64,000 bases of DNA from Paracoccaceae bacterium (GCA_049116435.1 JAGDYX010000001.1:2584689-2648688), one strand, 5' to 3'; counted from the first letter of the stretch, positions 18,353 to 28,097 are shown. Numbers and translations: made by a program. The notes: generated by a model not told the origin, from the letters alone.

Positions 18353-18378
18353 AATTCTGCTTTGGGCTCGTAGCTGCC
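18353..18378. repeat. REP-like element, degenerate copy
   Basis: AATTCTGCTTTGGGCTCGTAGCTGCC aligns with the copies at 3011 and 27715 through the shared centre GCTTTGGGCTCGTAGC. Confidence 0.4.
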
Positions 18379-18583
18379 GCTCAACGTGTTGATCACAAAG
18401 AACTGCTCAGCAGGCGAAGGGGCAGTTCGGCGCAGTGTCGCCGATGTCTGCTTGGAACAACCCAGCCAAGAACCCGAAACTCGATGATATCTGGTTGACA
18501 GAGAAAGGAACTCAACGACTTGCACGTCGAGTAAAAATCCGTTCTTTGCGTCTGTGCACATCCTGAAGTCATGAAGGCACAAA

Positions 18584-19384
18584 ATGACACGAATTGCTTC
18601 GTTTGCCGGATCAGGCTTTGATCTGGGTGCTCTCCATTGCGCCATGCTTGCTGCGTTTTCTGACTATATCGTTCCGCTGCAACCAGATGCAGACACGTTC
18701 AAAGCGGCGCTGAGCTCGAGAAGTTTTGATCCCGAGGCGTCCTTTATCGCCGTCGATGATGATGAAGTCATCGGGTTTTGGAACGTCGCGACGTGGAACA
18801 CCAAACGGTATCTGATAGGCAGCGGAACCCGGATTGGCCACAGAGGCCAGGGGTTGGCGTCCCGTTTGGGCATGGCGGCGATACGTGCGGCAGAGAATGC
18901 CGGAATCGAGAGCTTTTGGCTCGAGGTCATCGAGGGAAACGCAGGCGCTGAACGTCTCTATCGGAAGATGGGATTTGAAGTGACCAGAAAGCTCGACTGC
19001 TATCGGCTTGATCATCCATCTCCTGATCGGTCCTCATGCAAACTGTCGGATTTCGGCACCGTTGCAAATGCTATTCAGAGGTATTCGACCTGGGAGCCGA
19101 CTTGGCAAAACGCCACGGAAACCATTTCCGGCACACATCTGACGTCCTTCCTGCATAAAAAAGGCGGAGCGATCATCGGCGCAGATGGCCTCGTGCACCA
19201 GATTGCCGCCAGCGAACCTTCGGCTTTGGCAGACCTCCTCGCTGCGGCAGCCACGGTCGGCTCGCTGACATTGGTCAATGTCGATTCCGCTGACAGCGCC
19301 TTGTGTTCCCTTCTACGGGAGCTTGGGGCTCACCGCTTCATCGTTCAGTCTGAAATGCGCCTGTCGTTGCCAAACGTCTCCTAG
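18584..19384 (+). CDS. GNAT family acetyltransferase (two-domain)
   Basis: 266 aa. Motif A: RIGHRGQGLASRLGMAAI. Confidence 0.75.
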   Translation: MTRIASFAGSGFDLGALHCAMLAAFSDYIVPLQPDADTFKAALSSRSFDPEASFIAVDDDEVIGFWNVATWNTKRYLIGSGTRIGHRGQGLASRLGMAAIRAAENAGIESFWLEVIEGNAGAERLYRKMGFEVTRKLDCYRLDHPSPDRSSCKLSDFGTVANAIQRYSTWEPTWQNATETISGTHLTSFLHKKGGAIIGADGLVHQIAASEPSALADLLAAAATVGSLTLVNVDSADSALCSLLRELGAHRFIVQSEMRLSLPNVS

Positions 19385-19447
19385 GGGCTCGTAGCCGTCA
19401 TTCGCTACAGAGCGGCACTCAGAAAGCCGGTGAACGACCGCTTTGCG

Positions 19448-20673
19448 GTGCCGATTCAACCGATCGCCGCAACACATTCTTCGAACTTCTCTGCGGGTGA
19501 GAAGTAATTCAAGGTCTTTCTAGGGCGCTCGTTGAGTTCGCGGGCGACGGCATCGAGATGCTCTTGGGTGTGCACGGAGAGGTCCGTGCCTTTCGGGAAG
19601 TACTGGCGCAGGAGACGGTTAGTGTTCTCATTGGTGCCGCGTTGCCACGGGCTGTGGGGATCGCAGAAGTAGATGTCGAGATCGGTCGCCAAGGTCAGGC
19701 TCCTGTGATCAGCCAGTTCTTTGCCGCGGTCCCATGTCAGTGTCTGGCGAAGCTCTTTGGGCAAATGCTGGATCTGTGCGGCCAGCGCTGTGACGACAGT
19801 TCCGGTTTCCTTGCCGCTCACCTTGGCAAGCATGACATAGCGCGTGCGCCGCTCCACCAGCGTCGCGATGAAGCTGTTCTTCGAGCCGGCGATCAGATCA
19901 CCTTCCCAATGGCCGGGGATGGCGCGGTCCTCGACGGCGGCCGGACGTTCCCGGATCGAGATTGCATCCTTAATTTGACCAAGCCCATCGCGCTTCAGGC
20001 TCGCATGACGGGATCGGCGGATGGCACGTGTTGCGCGCAGATGTGCAAGTAGCTCTTTCTTCAGCACACCGCGGGCCTGGATGAACAAGCTTCTGTAGAT
20101 CGTCTCATGAGACACGCGCGCGCCTTCGTCGTTGGGATGCTCGCGCTTCAACCAACCTGCAATTTGCTGAGGTGACCATTTGCGTTCGAGCTTCTTTGCT
20201 ATTGTGTGACAGAGCGCCAGCCTGCCCGCCAGCTTGCAGGGCTTCGGACGTCGCGCGCGATCCCAAGCCGCCTGATCAGACAGAGTGGCCCGGTATTGAC
20301 GACGCCCACCATTGCGCCGCACCTCCCGGCTGATCGTCGACGGAGCTCGCCGCAGCTGGCGCGCAATTGTACGAAAGGACAAGTCGGCTCCAAGCCCGCG
20401 CGAGATTTCTTCGCGCTCCGCCGTCGTCAACGCCCGCCGTGACCGCCGCCGCACAGGTGGACGTATACCACCTGTCCTCGCAAGCAGGGGGTAGATCGAC
20501 GAAGAGCCTCGATCAAACAGCCGTCCGATCGAACTCATCGACTCCCCGCGCTGCCAGCGATCCCAGATCTCCGCCTTCTGCTTCTCTGAGAAATAAATCC
20601 GTCGTCGATAACCCATCCAAACACTCCATTCTTGCTCTCAAGTTGAAGTGTTGCGTCGATCCATTGAGCCCAC
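19448..20673 (-). mobile_element. IS30-family insertion sequence, apparently intact (1226 bp)
   Basis: Imperfect terminal inverted repeats: GTGCCGATTCAACCGATCGCCGCAACAC (from 19448) against the reverse complement of 20645-20673, GTGGGCTCAATGGATCGACGCAACAC. CG flanks both ends. Confidence 0.85.
19456..20616 (-). CDS. IS30 family transposase
   Basis: 386 aa. N-terminal HTH motifs (EKQKAEIWDRWQRGESMSSIGR; FRTIARQLRRAPSTISREVRRN) and a DDE core (HWEGDLI...LTWDRGKE...WQRGTNENTN). Confidence 0.95.
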   Translation of the reverse strand: MGYRRRIYFSEKQKAEIWDRWQRGESMSSIGRLFDRGSSSIYPLLARTGGIRPPVRRRSRRALTTAEREEISRGLGADLSFRTIARQLRRAPSTISREVRRNGGRRQYRATLSDQAAWDRARRPKPCKLAGRLALCHTIAKKLERKWSPQQIAGWLKREHPNDEGARVSHETIYRSLFIQARGVLKKELLAHLRATRAIRRSRHASLKRDGLGQIKDAISIRERPAAVEDRAIPGHWEGDLIAGSKNSFIATLVERRTRYVMLAKVSGKETGTVVTALAAQIQHLPKELRQTLTWDRGKELADHRSLTLATDLDIYFCDPHSPWQRGTNENTNRLLRQYFPKGTDLSVHTQEHLDAVARELNERPRKTLNYFSPAEKFEECVAAIG

Positions 20674-20800
20674 CGGACAAAGCAGACATTTCTTTGTGCC
20701 AATGAAATGCCTTGCGCGTCTATGCTTCGCGGATGATTGTTGATCGTTGCCGGAACGAGGTGCTCCAAGCGCTGCTTTGCCAGGCCCCTGACAAAATCCG

Positions 20801-21508
20801 CTATACCGAGACAGCCGCCAGAAGCCGATCGCGTTCGATTGTGTCGGCGCGGCCTGATAGTATCTCTTCGCCCCGTTCGAGCACGAGAAAGCTGTCTCCC
20901 AGATCGAAGGCGAAATCGAAAAATTGCTCAACCAATACGATTGCCATGTCGCCCCGGGCCCGAAGTTTGCCAATCACTTCGCCGATCTGCTTGATGATGT
21001 TGGGCTGGATACCTTCGGTTGGCTCATCAAGGAGCAAAAGCTTGGGACGAGTGACAAGTGCGCGCGCGATGGCAAGTTGTTGTTGTTGACCGCCCGACAG
21101 GTCTCCCCCACGGCGGCTGAGAAAGTCTTTGAGGATCGGGAAGAGATCAAAAATCTCGTCGGGAATGTATCGCTCGGATTTCGGCAGGCAGGCGAACCCG
21201 GTTTCAAGGTTCTCCTGAACCGTCAGGAAGGGAAAGATCTCTCTGCCCTGGGGCACGAAGGCGACGCCCTTTTGCGCCAGCGCATGGGCGGAGGATTTGG
21301 CGATGTCTTCCCCGTCGAGACGGTAGGTGCCTGCGCTGCGTGGGTGTGTCCCGGAAATGGCCTTGAGCAGGCTGGTTTTCCCAACGCCGTTGGTGCCCAT
21401 GACACAGGTCACCTCACCGGTGGCTGCGGTGAGGTCCACACCGCGCAGGATTTCGCTGCCGCCGTAGTGAAGGGTCAGACCTTCGATCTCGAGTAGCTTA
21501 CCGGCCAA
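20801..21508 (-). CDS. urtE: urea ABC transporter ATP-binding protein UrtE
   Basis: LivF-like ATPase (GTNGVGKTS, LSGGQQQQLAIARAL), last gene of the urt order. Confidence 0.88.
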   Translation of the reverse strand: MAGKLLEIEGLTLHYGGSEILRGVDLTAATGEVTCVMGTNGVGKTSLLKAISGTHPRSAGTYRLDGEDIAKSSAHALAQKGVAFVPQGREIFPFLTVQENLETGFACLPKSERYIPDEIFDLFPILKDFLSRRGGDLSGGQQQQLAIARALVTRPKLLLLDEPTEGIQPNIIKQIGEVIGKLRARGDMAIVLVEQFFDFAFDLGDSFLVLERGEEILSGRADTIERDRLLAAVSV

Positions 21509-22238
21509 GATACACCTCGATTACCTTTTCGTCCGACGTCACATGGTCGATGGAGCCTTCGGCGAGAACTGACCCTTCATGCAAGACGGTTACTTTGCAG
21601 TTGAGACGGCGCACGAATTCCATGTCGTGCTCGACCACCACCACGGCGCGTGTTTTGGCGGCTTCCACAAGAAGCTCTGTCGTGTGCTCCCGTTCCGCGG
21701 GCGTCATGCCCGCGGCAGGCTCGTCGACAAGCAGGAGCTTAGGGTCCTGGGCGAGAAGCATACCAATCTCGAGCCATTGTTTCTGGCCGTGGCTGAGCTC
21801 GCCTGATTTCCGGTCAAGTGCACCGATCAACCCGATCTCTGCGGCTAGTTTCTCCACGCGCGCGGCATCTGCATCAGAGGCGCGAAATCTCAGGACAGAC
21901 AGTGGCGATCGCTTTTTCTTCAACGCCAGCATCAGGTTTTCGGAGACGGTCTGGTCTTCGAAAACCGTCGGGCGCTGGAATTTGCGGCCAATCCCGGCCT
22001 GTGCAATCTGGCTTTCCGAGAGAGACAGGAGAGAGCGCGATTTCTCGCCCCAGACGACCTTGCCTTCATCGGGCTTGGTCTTGCCTGTCACGATGTCCAT
22101 GAAGGTTGTTTTGCCCGCACCATTCGGCCCGATCACGGCGCGCATCTCGGCATGACCGATCTGGAAGGTCAGATTGTTGATCGCCTTGAACCCATCGAAG
22201 GAGACCGAGACGCCGGAAACTTCGAGAAGCGCGCTCAT
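21498..22238 (-). CDS. urtD: urea ABC transporter ATP-binding protein UrtD
   Basis: LivG-like ATPase (GPNGAGKTT, LSHGQKQWLEIGM). Confidence 0.88.
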   Translation of the reverse strand: MSALLEVSGVSVSFDGFKAINNLTFQIGHAEMRAVIGPNGAGKTTFMDIVTGKTKPDEGKVVWGEKSRSLLSLSESQIAQAGIGRKFQRPTVFEDQTVSENLMLALKKKRSPLSVLRFRASDADAARVEKLAAEIGLIGALDRKSGELSHGQKQWLEIGMLLAQDPKLLLVDEPAAGMTPAEREHTTELLVEAAKTRAVVVVEHDMEFVRRLNCKVTVLHEGSVLAEGSIDHVTSDEKVIEVYLGR

Positions 22239-23530
22239 GTGTCGGCCTCCTTCTCACGCAGCGCGCCAGGGTCCGGCCCAAGGTCGGCGCCGTGACGCTC
22301 AGGCGCGCGCCGGTCGGCAATCATATCGAACAGACCGCCAATCCCTTTCGGCGCGAAGAGCGTGACCGCCACGAACGACAGGCCGAGCAGGATCGTCCAC
22401 CAGTCGACCCATTGGATCGTATAGAAGCCGAGGTTGATATCCGGCGCCTGCCCACCGGTGAACCACGTGGAGAGAAGCGAGACGAAGGCGGCTCCGATTA
22501 CCGCGCCGTAGAGGCGCCCACGGCCGCCAATAGCGACCCAGACGGCAAGGTAGATCGACGCGATCGGCGCAATCTCCGCCGGGTTGATGATGCCCGCCTG
22601 CGGGTAATAGAGCGCGCCTGCGATCCCCGCGATCACGGCGGTGAGCGCGAAGACGAAGAGCTTGTAGGCTTCCACGGGATAGCCAAGGAAGCGCACCCGG
22701 GCCTCATCGTCCCGGATGGCCCGGATGACGGAACCAAATTTTCCGGACACGACCCATGAGCACAACAGATAGCCAAGCGCGAGCGCCAGTGCTGAGGCCC
22801 AGAAGAACCACATCGAAACGGTGGACTGCGGCACGGCGTCAAGGCCGGGAAGGTTTTGCAGACCGGAAAGCCCGTTATTGCCTCTCAGGCCGCTGTCGTT
22901 CTGGAAGAGATAGAGCGCGAGCGCCAGCGTCATCGCCTGGGTCAGGATCGACAGGTAGACACCGGTAACGCGGCTGCGGAAGGCGAGCCAGCCAAAGACC
23001 AGAGCCAGAAGGCCGGGCACAAGCACAACGAAGGCCAGTTGGAGCGTTAAGGAATGCGCAAAAGCCCAGATCGGCGGAAACTCCGATGAGCCGACCACGC
23101 CGAAAATTTGCGTGGCGATGCCTTGGGATATTTCCTCCGGCGTTGGCGGAAGGGACGCTGCTGCCAGCGACTGGATGACGATCAGCTCGGTGCGTGCATA
23201 CATCAGCCACATGCCGATGGCGTAGCCACCGATCCCGAAAAACGCCATGTGGCCGAGCGAAAGAATGCCGCAATAGCCCCAGACGAGATCCATCGCGAGC
23301 GCAACGAGGCAGAGACAAAGGGTCTTGCCCAGCGTTTTGATGAAGCTCGTCGAGATGACCCCTGCGCCTGTCCCTTCGGCAAGAAGCGTGACGCCCAGTG
23401 TGAAGAAACCAAGGCAGGCCAGAAAGATCAGCACGGAGGGGTTGTCGGCGAAAAGAAACCTCGGCTTCTTTTTGCGCCCGCTTGTTCGCGGTGCCGTATA
23501 TCCCTGTGTAATCGTTTGTATCTTCGTCAT
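22235..23530 (-). CDS. urtC: urea ABC transporter permease UrtC
   Basis: LivM-like polytopic permease. ATGA-type overlap with urtD. Confidence 0.85.
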   Translation of the reverse strand: MTKIQTITQGYTAPRTSGRKKKPRFLFADNPSVLIFLACLGFFTLGVTLLAEGTGAGVISTSFIKTLGKTLCLCLVALAMDLVWGYCGILSLGHMAFFGIGGYAIGMWLMYARTELIVIQSLAAASLPPTPEEISQGIATQIFGVVGSSEFPPIWAFAHSLTLQLAFVVLVPGLLALVFGWLAFRSRVTGVYLSILTQAMTLALALYLFQNDSGLRGNNGLSGLQNLPGLDAVPQSTVSMWFFWASALALALGYLLCSWVVSGKFGSVIRAIRDDEARVRFLGYPVEAYKLFVFALTAVIAGIAGALYYPQAGIINPAEIAPIASIYLAVWVAIGGRGRLYGAVIGAAFVSLLSTWFTGGQAPDINLGFYTIQWVDWWTILLGLSFVAVTLFAPKGIGGLFDMIADRRAPERHGADLGPDPGALREKEADT

Positions 23531-23533
23531 GCC

Positions 23534-25498
23534 TCAAGCCTCGGCGGCGCGGCCTTTGAGGGCGATGATCCCCCTTGGCCGGAACTGGATGAAGAGGATG
23601 ATGAAGAGGATCATGTAGGTTTGTGCGGCCAGCGTGTTTGACGGGTTCAGCCACTCGATCCCTTTCTGCAGCGTGCCCACAAGCGATGCACCGAGAAGGG
23701 TGCCCCAGATGTTTCCGACGCCTCCGACCACCACGGTCATGAAGCTTTGCACGATGTAGTCGGCGCCCATCTCGGAAGTGACCTTGGCATAAAGGCCAAT
23801 AGCGACGCCCGCGATCCCGGCAATGCCCGAGCCGAACCCGAAGGTCAGCATGTTTATCCGGTCGGGGTTAATCCCCATCGAGGCTGCCATCCGCGGGTTT
23901 TGGGTGACGGCGCGCACCTCGAGGCCCAGCCGGGTCCGGTTCATCACGAAGAGGAACAGGGCAAGAAACAGAAGCGCCAGAACGAAGATCGCGATCCGGA
24001 TATAGCTGATCGAGACGATGTCGTTGAAAACAAGCGATCCGTCCAGCCAGCCGGGGGCCGTCAGCGGACGCGCCTGCGTGCCGAAGATATTCTTGGCCAG
24101 CTGCTGCAGCGCGATCGACACACCAAAGGTCGCCAGGAGCGTCTCAAGCGGCCGGTGGTAGAGCCAGCGGATCACCAGCCGCTCCAGCGCCACACCCGCA
24201 GCAAACGTCACCATGAAGGCAAGCGGAATGGCAAGGATGATCGAGAGCGTATAATCCGGCACGAAAAGCTGCACGACATAGCCCGTATAGGCGCCCATCA
24301 TGATGAACTCGCCATGGGCCATGTTGATCACACCCATGACCCCAAAGGTGATGGCAAGGCCGATCGCGGCGAGGAAATAGATCGAAGCAAGCGACACTGC
24401 GTCGAGGGCTAGATCCGCGGTCTGGTTGAGCGCAACGCGCGTTTCGATCCCATCAAGGATCAGCGCGGCCGCTGCGGCCACGGCAGGCGGCGCTCCGGTA
24501 TATTGTTCAAAGAAGACATAAGCCGACACGGCGGCTTCGATTTCGCTTTCAAGCGCGGCGGGTGTCGCGAGGCCCGCATCGACCAAGGCTGCATAGGCCT
24601 TGTCGCGCGCCGCTTCGGTGTTCAGGCTCGCGACCTCGATACCGGCCACCCTGTCGCCCGAAATGTTTGCGATCAGCACGTCTCTCTTGTCGTCCCGCGA
24701 CAAGAGCCGCGGGGCCAGATCGGTATCCACCAGAAGCTGATAGGCCTCGGTAACGGGGAAAGCCTCACTGCCCGGCTGTAGGACTAAAGCGACAGACCCA
24801 TCCTCAGGCAATGTCTCGGCAAGGCGTTTGCGTGTCTTCAGAAGCGGGTTGAGAGCCGCCCGGGCGTCGACGCCTAGATCGCCCACGAAGCTCTCGATCG
24901 CGGCGATCCGTGCCTCGTCGCTCTCGCCGAACTCGATCGTCAGAAGGCGCTCGAGCCGGTCGACACGCGCGGCGATCGTGTGGTCGGCTTCACTTTCGGC
25001 GGCAATCCTGAGAGCCGCGAGATGGGTCTTCTCGGCATCCCGCTCGATGGCATCGAGCGCAGCCGTGCGCACGGCGGGGTCCGGGTCGGACAATTGGAAC
25101 TGAACAAGTGCGGCGGCAATCAGGCCGCGTATGCCGGAATTTGGTTTCAGTTGTTTGAAGTCATCCTCGGTGACGGTTCCAATTTCCGCACCTGTCGAGA
25201 CATCGAAAATACGGATCGTGTCACGGTCGATCTCCTCGGCGAAAACAAACAGACCTGTCTCCTTGTTGCGCCACATCTCCTTGGCCTGCCAGCGCTCCAT
25301 CACACTTTGCGCTGCGGGCAATCCGCTGGCGGCAAGCGAGTCGATGGCCGGGCCGATCGTACGCCGGGAGCTTTTCGAGATGATCTCGCCATGCTCCTGC
25401 AGCAGCCGCTGAATGGGCGCTTCGGCGTCCTGCGCCGTGACCGGACCATGAGCCAGGCCGAGCAGGAGCACACAAAAACAGATGAGACGACGCAGCAT
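23534..25498 (-). CDS. urtB: urea ABC transporter permease UrtB with ~355-aa N-terminal periplasmic extension
   Basis: The LivH-like core begins near residue 360 (LASIYFLAAIGLAITFGVMGVINMAHGE). It is preceded by a signal peptide and a long soluble region. Confidence 0.85.
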   Translation of the reverse strand: MLRRLICFCVLLLGLAHGPVTAQDAEAPIQRLLQEHGEIISKSSRRTIGPAIDSLAASGLPAAQSVMERWQAKEMWRNKETGLFVFAEEIDRDTIRIFDVSTGAEIGTVTEDDFKQLKPNSGIRGLIAAALVQFQLSDPDPAVRTAALDAIERDAEKTHLAALRIAAESEADHTIAARVDRLERLLTIEFGESDEARIAAIESFVGDLGVDARAALNPLLKTRKRLAETLPEDGSVALVLQPGSEAFPVTEAYQLLVDTDLAPRLLSRDDKRDVLIANISGDRVAGIEVASLNTEAARDKAYAALVDAGLATPAALESEIEAAVSAYVFFEQYTGAPPAVAAAAALILDGIETRVALNQTADLALDAVSLASIYFLAAIGLAITFGVMGVINMAHGEFIMMGAYTGYVVQLFVPDYTLSIILAIPLAFMVTFAAGVALERLVIRWLYHRPLETLLATFGVSIALQQLAKNIFGTQARPLTAPGWLDGSLVFNDIVSISYIRIAIFVLALLFLALFLFVMNRTRLGLEVRAVTQNPRMAASMGINPDRINMLTFGFGSGIAGIAGVAIGLYAKVTSEMGADYIVQSFMTVVVGGVGNIWGTLLGASLVGTLQKGIEWLNPSNTLAAQTYMILFIILFIQFRPRGIIALKGRAAEA

Positions 25499-25560
25499 TC
25501 CGAGCCCCCAGGCTAGAACCGGGGGACACCTGTGCCCCCCGGCAATCTTTCGTCAGACGA

Positions 25561-26847
25561 TTAGTAGTTGGACTCGATCTGAACGCAGGTCTTGGTCTCG
25601 GTGTTGTACATACCACAGCCAAGCTCTTTCCAGTCCGAGACAAGGACCGCCGATTCCGGCAGGAAATCCGTCCATGCATCACCCGGCACCTCTTCGGTCT
25701 GGCTGATGATGTCGAACTGGCCGTCCTCTAGGATCTCACCGATCAGAACCGGCTTTGCGAGGTGATGGTTCGGCAGCATGACAGCCGTGCCGCCCGTCAG
25801 GTTCGGGAATTTCTGACCATACATCGCGGTGCGCACGGCATCGACATCGGTGGTGCCGGCGTCTGTCGCTGCGTTCACCCACATGTTGAAGCCGATATAG
25901 TGCGCCTCCATCGGGTCGTTGGTGACGCGATCTTCACCCATGCGAGCCTTCCAAGCGGTTACCCATCCTTCATTGGCTTCGGTATCGGCGGACTGGAAGT
26001 AGTTCCAGGCAGCGAGGTGACCGACGAGGTTCGAGGTGTCGAGACCCGAGAGCTCTTCTTCACCGACCGAGAAGGCCACGACGGGGATGTCGTCAGCGGA
26101 GATACCGGCCGCGGCAAGTTCCTTGTAGAAACCGATATTGGCGTCACCGTTGATGGTCGAGATCACGCCGACTTTCTTGCCGTCGGCCCCAAGGGCGACC
26201 ACGTCGGCCACGATGCTGGACCAGTCGGAATGGCCAAAGGGCGTGTAGTTGACGAAGATATCGTCTTCCGCGATGCCCTTTTGCTGCAGATAGCTCTCAA
26301 GAATGTTGTTCGTGGTACGCGGATAGACATAGTCCGTGCCGAGCAGCGCGAATTTCTCAACGCCCAGCTCTTCAAGGAAGTAGTCCGTTGCCGGGATCGC
26401 CTGCTGGTTGGGCGCAGCACCCGTGTAGAACACGTTCTTGGACGATTCCTCGCCCTCATACTGCACGGGGTAGAAGAGGAGGCCGTTCAGTTCCTCGATC
26501 ACCGGCAGCACCGACTTGCGGCTCACGCTGGTCCAGTTGCCGAAGATGACGTCGACCTCGTGAACGGTCAGCAGCTCGCGCGCCTTTTCGGCGAAGAGCG
26601 GCCAGTCGGAGGCCGGATCGACCACGACGGCTTCCAGCTCGCAGCCAAGGACGCCCCCGGCCTCGTTTTGCTGCTCGACCAGCATCTCCATGGTGTCTTT
26701 CAGGGTTGTCTCGGAAATCGCCATCGTGCCCGATAGCGAGTGAAGAACGCCGACCTTGATCGGGCAGGATACATCCTGCGCGGCCGCAGGCAGTGCGCCT
26801 GCAAGCATCGTAGCGGCAGCAGTTGTCAGTAGTAGGTGTTTTGGCAT
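25561..26847 (-). CDS. urtA: urea ABC transporter substrate-binding protein UrtA
   Basis: Start moved to the ATG at 26847 (MPKHLLLTTAAATMLAGALPAAAQ signal). Strong UrtA-like sequence (VGVLHSLSGTMAISE, FYPVQYEG, GDANIGFYKE). Confidence 0.9.
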   Translation of the reverse strand: MPKHLLLTTAAATMLAGALPAAAQDVSCPIKVGVLHSLSGTMAISETTLKDTMEMLVEQQNEAGGVLGCELEAVVVDPASDWPLFAEKARELLTVHEVDVIFGNWTSVSRKSVLPVIEELNGLLFYPVQYEGEESSKNVFYTGAAPNQQAIPATDYFLEELGVEKFALLGTDYVYPRTTNNILESYLQQKGIAEDDIFVNYTPFGHSDWSSIVADVVALGADGKKVGVISTINGDANIGFYKELAAAGISADDIPVVAFSVGEEELSGLDTSNLVGHLAAWNYFQSADTEANEGWVTAWKARMGEDRVTNDPMEAHYIGFNMWVNAATDAGTTDVDAVRTAMYGQKFPNLTGGTAVMLPNHHLAKPVLIGEILEDGQFDIISQTEEVPGDAWTDFLPESAVLVSDWKELGCGMYNTETKTCVQIESNY

Positions 26848-27148
26848 CGCAGTTCCCCTTTTGCGTGTCGCATGGGGGCGTTGCGAAGAGGGTCGGAACC
26901 CATATATATGCCACCCACGCATATGATGCGGAGTGCGGTGGTGCGTGAGGTTGTCTAGGCCGGCACCATCGCACGTTTGGACTGGACGGTTGCCCGTCCG
27001 CGGGAGACTGTGGTCAGAGTCCCTCTGCAAACAAAATCCCGGACATGTGTTCAAACGCTCAGATTCAGGCTCTGCGGGTGTAATTTGAGCAAATTTTAGG
27101 ACATTGCCTCAAAATTAAGCGCAGTTCTGGCGGTTTTTTCTGTTACCG

Positions 27149-27532
27149 CTACCCGCCAAGGAGCAAGCTTGTACATTGCTGGAGGTGCCAATTCGCGCGC
27201 TCACGCGCCGTGCGCCGTCGCGTATCGTCCTCGGAAAACGAGGATTGTGTGAGCAGTTCCGCATGCGCGAATTTCGCGGAAATCCTCATGTTCAGTGCGT
27301 TTCGCAAATCGTCTTTCGAAGCGACGGAGTCGATCAGCGAGACAAATGCGGCCCGTTGGCGTTCGAGCGTGGCCGTATCCGAGGCCTCGAACAGCCATGC
27401 ATGTTGAATCTCAGCCGAGAACCGGCCCGCGCAATGGGCGAAGGGGTGCAACAAATCCTCGGACGCATGTGCCGGGACGATGCTCATGAAACCTGCGAAT
27501 AGTGCAGGCCCCAAAGCTTTTATTATGCTCAT
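27149..27532 (-). CDS. hypothetical exported protein
   Basis: 127 aa with signal peptide MSIIKALGPALFAGFMSIVPAHA. I recognise no family. Confidence 0.5.
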   Translation of the reverse strand: MSIIKALGPALFAGFMSIVPAHASEDLLHPFAHCAGRFSAEIQHAWLFEASDTATLERQRAAFVSLIDSVASKDDLRNALNMRISAKFAHAELLTQSSFSEDDTRRRTARERANWHLQQCTSLLLGG

Positions 27533-27714
27533 ATAATGAGCTTTGCCGGTGTTTTTACGCTTATCAAGTGGGCAGTCTGAAAAGTTTTATCAAAATTGAG
27601 AATGCTGACCAAAGGCACACAGTTGGAATCTAAGCTTAGCCGCGGGCAGTTGGCGATCATTTTAACAAGAAACCGGCTTGAGGTGGACATCAGACTACCT
27701 CCGCAGTTTCTGAG

Positions 27715-27743
27715 TAATGTCCGCTTTGGGCTCAAAGCGGTCA
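27715..27743. repeat. REP-like palindrome, intact copy
   Basis: AATGTCCGCTTTG-ggct-CAAAGCGGTCAT. Confidence 0.7.
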
Positions 27744-27830
27744 TCTGACGGTTCTCGTCAGGCTTTGACCGCATGTGCGACTACCCTTCAAACACTGTCG
27801 AAGCGAGCACAGGAAAGCGGCTGACAAATT

Positions 27831-28097
27831 TCAAAACTCTTCGATCAACTTCTTCGCCTCGCGAATAAGCTCCCGAACATGCCTTTGGAACTTCAGGGAC
27901 TCGCGCGTATACATCCCGTGCTTGAGCGCGTTCTTGTTGCCCTTAGGTGCTCCGGATCCCTTTGCACCACCATGCATGCGGCAGCGCCTCTTGCCGCGCA
28001 CGGCCGGCGCCTGGCAGGGCGTGCCATTTCGGGTTTTCGCGCCACAGCGGGCACTCTCGCGCATCGGACCCGTATTCCGCTCATGAGTACCGGCCAT
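27831..28097 (-). CDS. HGGxSTG-like zinc-ribbon domain protein
   Basis: 88 aa, very basic. CGAKTRNGTPCQAPAVRGKRRCRMHGG (C-x8-C-x11-C-x2-H) followed by GNKNALKHGMY. Confidence 0.65.
   Translation of the reverse strand: MAGTHERNTGPMRESARCGAKTRNGTPCQAPAVRGKRRCRMHGGAKGSGAPKGNKNALKHGMYTRESLKFQRHVRELIREAKKLIEEF

Noticed and set aside
18070-18645. A 191-aa minus-strand ORF bridging the sulfotransferase 3' end and the GNAT 5' end.
   Set aside because: It overlaps two well-supported genes on the other strand. The central part contains a degenerate REP-like element. It has no motifs.
26900-26913. On the minus strand, TGGCAT-ATATA-TGGG lies 53-66 nt upstream of urtA. It could be a nitrogen-regulated sigma-54 promoter.
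   Set aside because: The critical GC of the -12 element is replaced by GG. I could not find a convincing NtrC-type palindrome nearby.
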